Of a stretch of DNA of 64,000 nucleotides, positions 25,967 through 36,620 are shown piece after piece. Where the stretch lies: contig NC_043017.1 of NCBI RefSeq assembly GCF_006345805.1, forward strand, positions 22,568,001-22,632,000. The letters run 5' to 3'. The stretch's first letter is position 1. Each line of letters begins with the position of its first letter. Below the pieces are notes generated by a model that had not been told where the DNA came from, did no database searches, and saw only the letters and a list, made by a program, of their open reading frames with translations. Source of the DNA: Octopus sinensis. Its lineage: Eukaryota. A program made the translations under genes and the position numbers.

Positions 25967-26335
25967 ATGGCTGTATGGTCGTGATGTTTGCTTCCAAATC
26001 ACTTATTTTGGGGTTCAGTCCCACAGTGTGGCACTCTGGGAAAGTGTCTTCTACTATATCCGTGGACTGACTAAAGCCTGGTGAATGGATTTGGCAAATG
26101 GAATCTGAAACAAGCTTGTCAAATGTGTGCGTATGTGTGTGTGTGTGAGTATGTATGATGTGTGAGTGTGTGCGTCTCCTTGTCTTTACATTGCATGATA
26201 GCTGTAAATGTGTCACCATCATATGAGTAGTGTTATTCATTTCCACTGTGAAAACGTCTCACCATGTTGGAATATTGCCTTGTTTGTAAACAGGGGAGGG
26301 TTGGCAACATGAAGAGCATCCAGCCATACAAAATC
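25967..26335 (+). mobile_element. Older SINE with an A-type head and a C-like 3' part
   Basis: Head …ggggttcagtcccacagtgtggc…; later ggttggcaacatgaagagcatccagcc resembles the element C motif ggttggcgttaggaagggcatccagc. Confidence 0.6.
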
Positions 26336-26475
26336 TGCTTGATTTTAAAGAGGACCTTAAAATAGTAATAATGAATAATCACCAAGAAATCTTCACATCA
26401 TGCATCCATTTCAAGCACAACCTGTTGGAAGCATGGGATTCCCCATTCGCTGACTAAGCCCAGTAGAGTCCTTAC

Positions 26476-26586
26476 AATCCAATAGCAGCCCAAAGGATAG
26501 ATCCCTTATTCCAAACTCCAGGTCCATAAATAGCTGGTCTGGGGAAGATAACCTGTCCTCGCCAGGTTATAATGGCTTTGTACCTC
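26476..26586 (-). CDS. Candidate symmetric exon (111 nt, phase 2-2), product unknown
   Basis: Acceptor aaatttactcttcatctctag|, donor tt|gtaagg; open frame RYKAIITWRGQVIFPRPAIYGPGVWNKGSILWAAIG; locally higher GC than the flanks. No family recognised. Confidence 0.3.
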
Positions 26587-26965
26587 CTAGAGATGAAGAG
26601 TAAATTTTGTCTTTGAGCTAGAGTTTAGTGAGTCATCCATGAAGTTCCAGCCTTTGTGGATGTGGAACCATTTATCACTCTATGACCAGATATTAACTTT
26701 ATTACTGTAATACTACACACACATACACACAGATTACTGTTGGGAAAGAGAAATTTAAAATGGAAGTTGGTGCTAAAACATTTATTATTAACAACAGGGA
26801 TGGAGGAGATGATGAAGTGCATGGGTACAGTGTTCCCCTACTTTTTAGCTTACAGAGTGGTGTAGCTTATAATGTTTTCTCCCACCTTCCCATCCTGAGC
26901 TTCTCAGATCATAGCATATTTCTAGTTCATAATACTCAGTTGCATTCCTTATTAAATAAATGTAC

Positions 26966-27496
26966 AGGCAGTGGGTGCTAAAAAGTTCCTGGGTCTCGTA
27001 AAAGGCCTGGTTGGAGGCCTAACCTTCTGATTTCCTCTGCAGGGCTTAGAAAAACTAAAGGACCACTGCAATAAGTGTGTGAATTCGAGAGGGGAATATC
27101 ATCATCATCATCATTGTTTAACGTCCGTTTTCCGCACTAGCATGGGTTGGACGGTTCGACTGAGATCTGGGAAGCCAGGAGGCTGCACCAGGCTCCAGTC
27201 TGATCTGGCAGTGTTTCTACAGCAGGATGCCCTTCCTAACGCCAACCACTCCATGAGTATAGTGGGTGCTTTTTACGTGCCACCGGCACAGGTGCCAGGG
27301 GAGTCTGGCAGCGGCCACGATCAGTTGGTGCTTTTAACGTGCCACCGGCATGGAAGCCAGTCAAGGCGGCACTGGCATCGGCCAGCGGCACTGGCATTGG
27401 CCGGCGGCACTGGCATCGGTTGAATAAAATCATAATTAACTGATCCTCCTGTATTTCCTTTTACCCAAAGCCAGGAACTTTTTTAGCACCCCTTCA
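26966..27496 (+). mobile_element. Second mariner-derived MITE, interrupted by element C
   Basis: Same text as 16308-16518 (gggcttagaaaaactaaaggac…gttgaataaaatcataattaactgatc…ccaggaactt), split at gaatat|gttgaa. Confidence 0.85.
27100..27418 (-). mobile_element. Element C with internal tandem units
   Basis: (CAT)n tail, C core, then ggtgcttttacgtgccaccggca units and three ~20-bp gcggcactggcat(c/t)gg units. Confidence 0.9.
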
Positions 27497-27886
27497 TAAA
27501 TATTGAGAAATCTATTTTTATCTTGAAAACTATTATAATAGTTTTATTCTGTATTCATGTTTGGTTGCATGAAGGAATTGGAAACAAAAATAAAATTGCT
27601 GTGGCTTCTACAATTACCACCATTACTGCTATTGTTTCTCTGTAAATATGCAGGAGTATGCAACGTCACAAACTTTTTCAGTAGCTGCAACACTCAAAGT
27701 TCTTAAACATTTTGTTCTTTTCTTCAAAGATTAATCTTTGTTTTATTCATTCATTTTATTCTAAATCCATGTATTTACAGGTTTAAAGCCAGTGTGTCAG
27801 TTGAGAAAAATAACCCCTCTAAATAGCTAAAGGGTAGGTTGCTTGACAGCATCTTTTATAGAAGATGCTGTGTAAACCAACAACTG

Positions 27887-27887
27887 C

Positions 27888-27926
<39 letters not shown>

Positions 27927-28118
27927 CATATATAGACATATATACATATACATATAGACATATACATATATGCATATATGTATATACATATAGACATATA
28001 CATATATACATATATGCATATACATATAGACATATATACATATATGCATATACATATATACATATACATATATACATATATATATACATATAGACATATA
28101 TACATATAGCATATACAT

Positions 28119-28163
<45 letters not shown>

Positions 28164-28491
28164 CATATATATATACAATACATATATATATATATATATA
28201 CATATATATACATGTATATATATACATATATATATACATATATGCATATACATATATACATATATATATACATATATATACATATATATATGCATATACA
28301 CATATTTGCATATACATATATGCATATACACATATATGCATATACATATATGCATATACACATATATGCATATACATATATACATATACATATATACATA
28401 TACACATATATGCATATACATATATACATATACATATATATATATATATATATAATATATATATATATATATGTGTGTGTGTATATATATA

Positions 28492-28538
<47 letters not shown>
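27887..28538. repeat. TA/CA/CATA compound microsatellite
   Basis: Directly visible. Confidence 0.95.
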
Positions 28539-28541
<3 letters not shown>

Positions 28542-28857
28542 GATATACTGTCATTGACAATGATATAGCAAAACTATAAATTTTAATAACATCTGTGTGC
28601 ATGTAGAGATAAACATATAGCAGAAGATATAAAAATCCAATGCTGTTCCATTCTCGTCAGGAAAAGCTTTGCATGTCATTCCAAAGCTTTAACATTCACC
28701 TGGAATAGAACTTGATAAATGCACATCAATGGCACAAGGAGTATAAATAGTTTGTTTTCGTGTTTGAAAACTGAACCAGAATGAAGTTCAGGATTTCTTG
28801 TATTCCTAAAATTATCCGTAATCAGATATTTGTTTCCATGTATGTAATTTTTTTTTT

Positions 28858-29058
28858 TTTTTACTTGTTTCAGTCATTTGACTGCGGGCCATGCTGGAGC
28901 ACTGCCTTTAATCGAGCAACTCGACCCCAGGACTTATTCTTTGTAAGCCCGGTACTTATTCTATCGGTCTCTTTTGCTGAACCCACTAAGTGACGGGGAC
29001 ATAAACACACCAGCATTGGTTGTCAAGCAATGCTAGGGGGACAAACACAGACACACAA

Positions 29059-29112
<54 letters not shown>

Positions 29113-29266
29113 GACAGGCTTCTTTCAGTTTCTGTCTACCAAATCCACTTTGGTCGGCCTGAGACTATAGTAGAAGACACTTGCCCAAGGTGCCACGCAG
29201 TGGGACTAAACCCGGAACCATGTGGTTGGTAAGCAAGCTACTTACCACACAGTTCCTCCTGCACCT
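28858..29266 (-). mobile_element. SINE-A, near full length
   Basis: ttacttgtttcagtcatttgactgc … cttaccacacagttcctcctgcacct. Confidence 0.9.
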
Positions 29267-29282
29267 ATATACACATACACAT

Positions 29283-29844
29283 ACATCACTAAAGCAATTG
29301 AGGGCACTATTCAGCACCAGTGTTGCTAGAAATAAGAGTCAATACAATTCATAGCCATAACAACGCACTGTCTTATTTACTGACAAGGGAAACAAACTTC
29401 TTAAATACTGGGCAAAGCCATATTTCTACAGTGATCTTATAAGCTGACAAAGCAAACTGAGTTTAACCCAAGGTGCTTGTGAGAGCCACTGACAAGCTGG
29501 CAGAAACGTTAGCACGCCGGGTGAAATGCGTAGCCATATTTCGTCTGCCGTTACGTTCTGAGTTCAAATTCCGCCGAGGTCAACTTTGCCTTTCATCCAT
29601 TCGGGGTCGATAAATTAAGTACCAGTTACGCACTGGGGTCAATGTAATCGACTTAATACCTTTGTCTGTCCTTGTTTGTCCCCTCTGTGTTTAGCCCCTC
29701 ATGGGTTGTAAAGAAATATATACTTGATTAGGAAGCTTCACCTCTTTGTCAGTAAATAAGACAGTGCATTATTGTTGCTATGTTTCAATTCTAATTTCTA
29801 ACTATACTGGTGCTGAATAGTACACTCAGTCACTTTAGTGACAT
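29283..29844. mobile_element. MITE with long (~100-bp) imperfect TIRs, interrupted by SINE-B
   Basis: tcactaaag…tattcagcaccagt…gcactgtcttatttactgacaa on the left is mirrored by ttgtcagtaaataagacagtgc…actggtgctgaata…ctttagtga on the right. Confidence 0.75.
29491..29718 (+). mobile_element. SINE-B, young
   Basis: agctggcagaaacgttagcacgccgggtgaaatgcg…gtaaagaaata; CpGs retained. Confidence 0.9.
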
Positions 29845-30622
29845 ATATATTTTTGCCTTGCAGTTGAAAAATTGCTAACAAGCCACACTTACTATTTATA
29901 TATATATATGGAGCTAAAATTTGTGAAGATACCACTAACTCTATTATTATCTAGGATAAAATACTAGAAAATATATAGCTGGGTGCTATATAGGAATGTT
30001 GAATGATTTTCTTAACCCTTATGCTTGCAAACAGTTGATTCCTGTAGTTATTATCAGTGTTATTTTTTCAACAGCTTAAATAAGAGTTTTGACTGGTATT
30101 TCCAGCAGGTAGATACCCTCAGTATGTCCTTTGATTAATATATATTTTAACCGTTCAGCTACTTAATGCCTTTTTTGGGCCTCCAGCCGCCTATATTATT
30201 AATTCTGTAATTATCAATTTAATTATTTTATCCTAGATAATAATAGAGTTAATGGTATCTTCACAAATATTTTCTGCTGAATTATTTGCTCTGTATTGGA
30301 ATTATTTTTTTCACACTGAAAATGCTATGATTTGGTACAAAAGCAATCAGTTGCAGCACAGACAGTTGGGGGATTTTTCATCATGTGCTAAAGAAGGTGA
30401 GGCTATAATGCCAGTTTAGAAACTGGTCCACATGAGTCCAAATACTAGAAAATATATATAGCTGGGCACTATATTGGGTTATTGAATGATTTTCTTAACC
30501 TGTATGCTTGCAGACAGTTGATTTACATAGTTATTATCAGTGGTTTAAATAAGAGTTTTGACTTATTTCCAACAGGTAGACATATTCAGTATGTCCTTTG
30601 ATTAATATATATATATATATAT

Positions 30623-30737
30623 AACTTTTAGTTTTTAGATGAGATGGATATACATATGAATATACATACATATATATATGTATGTATATATGTATGTATA
30701 TTCATATGTATACCCATCTCATCTAAAAACTAAAGTT
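30623..30737. repeat. Near-perfect palindrome (~47-bp arms)
   Basis: aacttttagtttttagatgagatggatatacatatgaatatacataca … tgtatgtatattcatatgtatacccatctcatctaaaaactaaagtt. Confidence 0.95.
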
Positions 30738-31432
30738 CACAAGCTAAGAAGAGCATCTATATGTAGTTACTTGGCCTGCTTGAAATGGCTACTAAATATC
30801 CCTCAGCTTCAGAACAAAAATGGTAAGCTATGTTGGACAACATAATTGAGATATATACAAAAGGTTGGCATGATCATAGCTGGAAGCTATTTGTTCATAG
30901 GTATGTTTCAAATCTCTATTCATATTCATTTAGAAGGAAAAACAATATTTTCCTCATATGGTACCTAACTCTCAGTGTAAGAATACATGTATGTTTGTAT
31001 GATATCTGTACTTGTCATTTACCAAAATTATTGTTAGATTCAAAGGCAGCAACCAGGGCACTGGATACAATTGGTTAGCTATGTTTTAATGCCACTTGTG
31101 ACAGTGTAACCTCATCTTAATTCCACTTGTGATCATGGAACATGGGAACTGCAGAAACTGAGAAGCACATTACAGCATGAAGCCTCCAAATGCCGGCACT
31201 TTAGATGAGCATGAAGCTGCCAAGTTTAACTAATGGATGTGTACTAGTTTGGATTGAATTCAATGTTTGCTCTGAAACACATGACAGACATTACTGTCAA
31301 CTATAATGCTTCGATTAATGACAAGACTTTTATCTATCACCAAACTGCCGCTTTTGGCTGATTGACTGCAAGTGATAAGGGAGAGAAGAAGAAGAAGATG
31401 AAGAAGACAAAGAAGAGAAAAAGAGAAAGTGA

Positions 31433-31465
<33 letters not shown>

Positions 31466-31499
31466 GAGAGAGATGATAGAGGAAAGCAAAAACCAGAGG

Positions 31500-31770
31500 C
31501 ATGTCAAATTCTGATTGGTCGGTGAAACATCTTTCAGTTCTTGAAAAACAACAGATCAAAGATAACATTTCGATTACATGTGCTTATGGTGGAGCACATC
31601 AGTGATCAGAGGCAAAACTAGCAGCAGTGAGACTATTAACAGGATAATTATAAAAGGTAAACACTGTAAAGCAACCAGACCGCACCATTTAATGTGTGCT
31701 TTTAAACAAAGCAACGGCAGTTAGCATTACTTGTTACTTACAGATTTAGCCGCAACATGGCAAGTAAGGT
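31500..31770. promoter_or_regulatory. Candidate promoter / first coding exon region
   Basis: ATTGG at 31514 and TATAAAAG at 31649. Plus strand gcaacATGGCAA|gtaagg (31757-31763); minus strand gccATGTTGCGGCTAAATCT|gtaagt (31758-31742). Function is inferred. Confidence 0.3.
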
Positions 31771-32159
31771 TTTGGAAAATGTTCCCAAGTAAACATATCA
31801 ACAATTATTCTCACAACAACATGAACATTTATGTTCACAACAAAAACAGGTTGGTTATAACGGTGGCTAGTGAAAAGCTAGTCAACTATTATAAATAAGG
31901 AGCGTTCTCTATATATATACGGTTTGGAGGTGTGTGAATTGTGTGCGCATGTGAGCATGTTAAGTGTAGTTTGAAATCTGTGTATTAACTAAGATATGCA
32001 AATTTATTCTGACCCCTGTTTTTCTTCCGATTTATTCATGGTTTACATTTGGATGTATATTATTTACACGCATTGAACCAATCATGTTCAAATTGATACA
32101 TACCCTACCACTGTAGAATTTTCAGTTCAATAGTCTTCATGTGTAACGGATGAATGGTG

Positions 32160-32203
32160 TTATATATATATGTATACATATATATATATATATATATATA
32201 TAG

Positions 32204-32244
<41 letters not shown>

Positions 32245-32347
32245 TATACACATATATATATACACATATATATATAACATATATATATATATACATATAT
32301 ATATACGCATATATATACGCATATATATATACATATTATATATATAC

Positions 32348-32394
<47 letters not shown>

Positions 32395-32488
32395 CATATA
32401 TATATATACATATATATATATATACATATATATATATACATATATAATATATATACATATATATATATATATATACATATATATATAC

Positions 32489-32569
<81 letters not shown>

Positions 32570-32580
32570 CACATAAACAC
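32160..32580. repeat. TA/CATA microsatellite
   Basis: Directly visible. Confidence 0.95.
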
Positions 32581-33084
32581 ATATTGTGTTTGTATGTATG
32601 CATATATATGATTGTGAGGGAAGATTACAAAATACACCAAGGAATATTTCAATTAATTAATTCGCTACAAAAATGAAGGGTTATGAATACAAAATTGTTT
32701 TGGAGCAAAGTTAGAAAAATATTCTTATATAAAACTTAATTTATTCACATGCATCGTTGTGCATTATCGAATTTTCTTTCAACAACTGATTGCTAAATCT
32801 ACACCCCCGGGTGGTATATATATCATCATACGGTTGTATTAAAGCACATCATTTACGAGTGCAGGCACATGGCCCAGTGGTTAGGGTGTTGGACTCAGAA
32901 TTATAAGGTTGTGGGTTTAATTCCTGGACCTGGCATCACATTGTATTCTGGAGCATATATGTGTGTATGAGTGTTCCAGTGTCTGTGTATGTATTTATGT
33001 GTGCAAATGTATATGTGTGAATCTGTATGAATGTTTCTACAATCACATGCAAAATATCTGTCTTCTTTCCAGCTACTCCCGTCT

Positions 33085-33522
33085 ATCATCATCATCATCA
33101 TCATCGTTTAGCGTCCGCTTTCCATACTAGCATGGGTTGGACGGTTCAACTGGGGTCTGGGAAGCCAGAAGGCTGCACCAGGCCCAGTCTGATCTGGCAA
33201 TATTTCTACGGCTGGATGCCCTTCCTAACACCAACCATTCCGTGAGTGTAGTGGGTGCTTTTTACGTGCCACCGGCCCAGGTGCCAGACGAGGCTGGCAA
33301 ACGACCACGATGGGATGGTGCTTTTTACGTGCCACCAGCACGGGGGCCAGGCAAGGCTGGCAACGGCCACAATCAGATGGTGCTTTTTACGTGCCACTGG
33401 CACGAGGCCAGTCAGGGCGGCGCTGGCAACAGCCATGTTTGGATGGTTTTCTTACATACCACCGGCACTGGTATCACAGCTGCAATTTCCATTGATGTAG
33501 ATCAATTTCGATTTTGATTTCT
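33085..33522 (-). mobile_element. Element C with four ~63-bp tandem units
   Basis: Units start near 33254, 33317, 33379 and 33445 (ggtgctttttacgtgccacc…). Confidence 0.9.
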
Positions 33523-33717
33523 ACTCTTATATAATGCTGTATAGCCATGGATTTCCACTGTAGAAAAATACCTGGGCTTGTTGCTCTATCATAAATTAGC
33601 TTTCCACACCTAGCATAAAGCCACCTCTCAAATACTTCTCACCAACACTGCCATTTAGTTGAGGGGTCTTTTGCCTTTTTCCAGTTCTTTTCTTGTCTTA
33701 CAAGTTTCTTGGTTGCC

Positions 33718-33910
33718 TCACTGGTACTGGTGGCACAAAAAAGAAGCACCCACTATACAGTGTAAGGTGGTTGGCATTAAGAAGAACTTCCTGCTTTAGA
33801 AAGCTAGTTTCACTTGACAGTGGAGCTCAATGCACCCTGCGACCTGCGAGTTCTTGTCTAACTGCCCAACCCATGCTAGCATGGAAAACAAATGTTAAAT
33901 GATAATGATT
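33718..33910 (+). mobile_element. Element C, diverged, opposite orientation
   Basis: aagcacccactatac…ggttggcattaag…ccaacccatgctagcatggaaaac…gttaaatgataatgat. Confidence 0.75.
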
Positions 33911-33978
33911 AAATATATATATATTTATGCATGTGTATATATATATATAATATATGTGTGTGTGTGTGTGTGTGTGTG

Positions 33979-34150
33979 TAGCCACTACACATTCTTTAAT
34001 TTCTCTCCTTGGTTCTTTTCTGTGTTCCTTCCTGTGGAAGAGCATAGGCTCAAAATGTTAAAGACTTTTTCACTTCCTGAGCGTTAAACTAATACATCTG
34101 TTGTATACACCACCTGTCTTCGTCTTTTGCTTTTTTTTGTGAATTCTCCA
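33979..34150 (+). mobile_element. Penelope-like terminal repeat fragment, copy 1
   Basis: Homologous to 35665-35857; carries a decayed hammerhead-like motif at 34028-34063. The Penelope assignment is inferred from that motif. Confidence 0.55.
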
Positions 34151-34175
34151 TATATATATATATATATATATATAA

Positions 34176-34352
34176 TCGTCTGTCGTTATGTTCTGAGTTC
34201 AAATTCCACCGAGATCAACTTTGCCTTTCATCCTTTCGAGGTCGATAAATAAAGAACCAGTTTCGCACTGGGGGCGATATAATCGACTCAATCCCTTCGT
34301 CTGTCCTTGTTTGTCCCTTCTATGTTTAGCCCCTTGTGGGCAGTAAAGAAAT
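34176..34352 (+). mobile_element. SINE-B, 5'-truncated
   Basis: tcgtctgtcgttatgttctgagttcaaattcc…gggcagtaaagaaata. Confidence 0.9.
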
Positions 34353-34740
34353 ATATGTATATATATAATTGTATCAACCAGGCTATGAAATGTTATTTTA
34401 CAACAATGCTGATCACAATGTGTTTCCTTGCAGTGTTGTAGCTTTCAAGTGATACCTCCTTGCTAGCTAAGTGAGCCAACCAATATTCTCACTGAATGGA
34501 ATGCCAGTCCTTCACATGATTATCTTTTTAAACAGCTAAGTGAACTGGGACAACATGAAATGAAGTGTTTAGCTTAAGAGCACAATGCCTCATCACTCTG
34601 GAACTCAAAACCATGATCTTATGATCACAAATTCTTCAGCCTAACCACTAATCTTCCCATGCACACACTCACACATATTTTTCAGTTATTAGACTGTGGC
34701 TATGCTGGGGAATGACCTTGCGGAATATATATATATATAT

Positions 34741-35130
34741 ACTCTTTTTACTCTCTTACTTGTTTCAGTCATTTGACTGCGGCCATGCTGGAGCACCGCC
34801 TTTAGTCGAGCAAATCGACCCCGGGACTTATTCTTTGTAAGGCCAGTACTTATTCTATCGGTCTCTTTTGCCGAACCGCTAAGTGACGGGGACGTAAACA
34901 CACCAGCATCGGTTATCAAGCAATGCTAGGGGGGACACACACAAGCACGCACATACATACATATACATATATACGACAGGCTTCTTTCAGTTTCCGTCTA
35001 CCAAATCCACTCACAAGGCATTGGTCGGCCCGGGGCTATAGTAGAAGACACTTACCCAAGGTGCTATGCAGTGGGACCGAACCCGGAACCATGTGGTTGG
35101 TTAGCAAGCTACTTACCACACAGCCACTCC
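34741..35130 (-). mobile_element. SINE-A, near full length, young
   Basis: cttacttgtttcagtcatttgactgcggcc…accacacagccactcc. Confidence 0.9.
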
Positions 35131-35157
35131 ACAATATATATATATATATATATTGTT

Positions 35158-35383
35158 GATATTGTTATATTTCGGAATGGTCATTTTGCCAGTTTAGCCA
35201 ATAAAAACACACGCACTATATATTTGGTGTTATTTTGCTTCAGTGTTATTATTTTTTTTTTTTTTTTTTTTTACATTAATGTAAAAAATAAATAACACTG
35301 AAGCAAAATAACACTATATATATAGTGCGCGTGTTTTTATTGGCTAAACTGGCAAAATGACCATTCCGAAATATAACAATATC
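35158..35383. repeat. 226-bp foldback palindrome (~110-bp arms)
   Basis: gatattgttatatttcggaatggtcattttgccagtttagccaataaaaacac… is mirrored by …gtgtttttattggctaaactggcaaaatgaccattccgaaatataacaatatc; centre acattaatgt. Confidence 0.95.
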
Positions 35384-35664
35384 TGTTTCAACACACGGCT
35401 TCTCATAAAAAATCTTGCACAACAAATATATAAACGTATATTGTTGATATTATGCTAAAGTGTTCTAAGTCCAAAATGTTGCTTTTTCAGAAAAGGAAAA
35501 AATAGTTTCACTATGCCATAGCAAAACTGTTGTACTACACTTTGACAATTTTTGGTATCTTGGCATCTCAAGCAGCTGGAGATATAATAGTTTGACCAAG
35601 AGAACTGGCTATTGCGAGCAAAAATAAATATTGAAAAAAATGCATTTGGCCAAATTTGGACATA

Positions 35665-35857
35665 TGACAGTTTAACATAGATCGTTAGCCACTACACACA
35701 TTTTTTTCTCTCCTTGTTTTTTCTGTGTACCTTTCTGTAGAAGAGCGTAGGCTCGAAACATAAAAGACTTTTTCTATTCCTGAGCGTTATACTAATACAT
35801 CTGTTTGTTTTGTACACCATCTGTCTTCGTCTTTTGTTTTTTTCGTAAACTTTCCCT
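35665..35857 (+). mobile_element. Penelope-like terminal repeat fragment, copy 2, with hammerhead-like motif
   Basis: ctttCTGTAGAaGAGCgtagGCTCGAAACaTAaaag at 35731-35766; homologous to 33979-34150. Confidence 0.6.
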
Positions 35858-36544
35858 ATATATATATATATATATATATAAATACTGAAGTTATAGCAGA
35901 AGACACTTGCCCAAGGTGCCATGCAGTGGAACTGAACCCAAACAATGTGGTTGGGAAATAAATTTCTTTTCACGTGACCACATCAATAAGAGAAGACACA
36001 AATTATTTTGAATGTACAAATAGCTTAATGTCAAATGAATATGTACATGTATACACACTAGGCTACTCACACATACACACACATATATACACACGCATAT
36101 ATAAAAGTGAGTTCATACATATCCATGCATGTTTTACATCTTTATGTGAAATATTAAAAATTCTATTTGCATAAAGCTGTATGTGTACACTTAATTTAAA
36201 ATGTATTTGGTGTATATGAATAGAACAAGTGTCCATACACAGTCCTTGTTCACGCACACACGTCAATATGTCCGTTTGTATTAAATATGATTTTCCGTTA
36301 GTACAAATGCGTGTGGTGTATACTATTTCAATGAAAGCAAGCACAGAAGCTTTATTTAATTAAATATTATCGCCTTGTTGTTTGTATTAGCACTTGTTTG
36401 TGTGTGTGGCTTTCTGTTCTTTTCTGCTTTACGTTTGTTTTTGTTATTTTTTTTTGTTTTTTGTTTTTTTTTCACATTTATTTAACAACTCCTATCAGCG
36501 CAACAGTAATTATTTCTAAATGTAAAGGATATTCAAATGACTGT

Positions 36545-36559
36545 GTTACAACAACAACA

Positions 36560-36591
<32 letters not shown>

Positions 36592-36620
36592 CATCACTAC
36601 CACCACCACCACCACCACCA
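36545..36620 (+). repeat. (CAA)n(CTA)n(CCA)n compound trinucleotide repeat
   Basis: Directly visible. Confidence 0.95.

Noticed and set aside
27100-27260. Possible HDV-like ribozyme in element C (ggaagggcatcc motif recalled from RTE-type elements)
   Set aside because: I could not build the nested double pseudoknot by hand; a structure-descriptor search would be needed.
33254-33480. CRISPR-like regular repeats (also 38197-38498 and 14492-15046)
   Set aside because: Units are contiguous with no unique spacers, no cas genes are present, and the context is eukaryotic.
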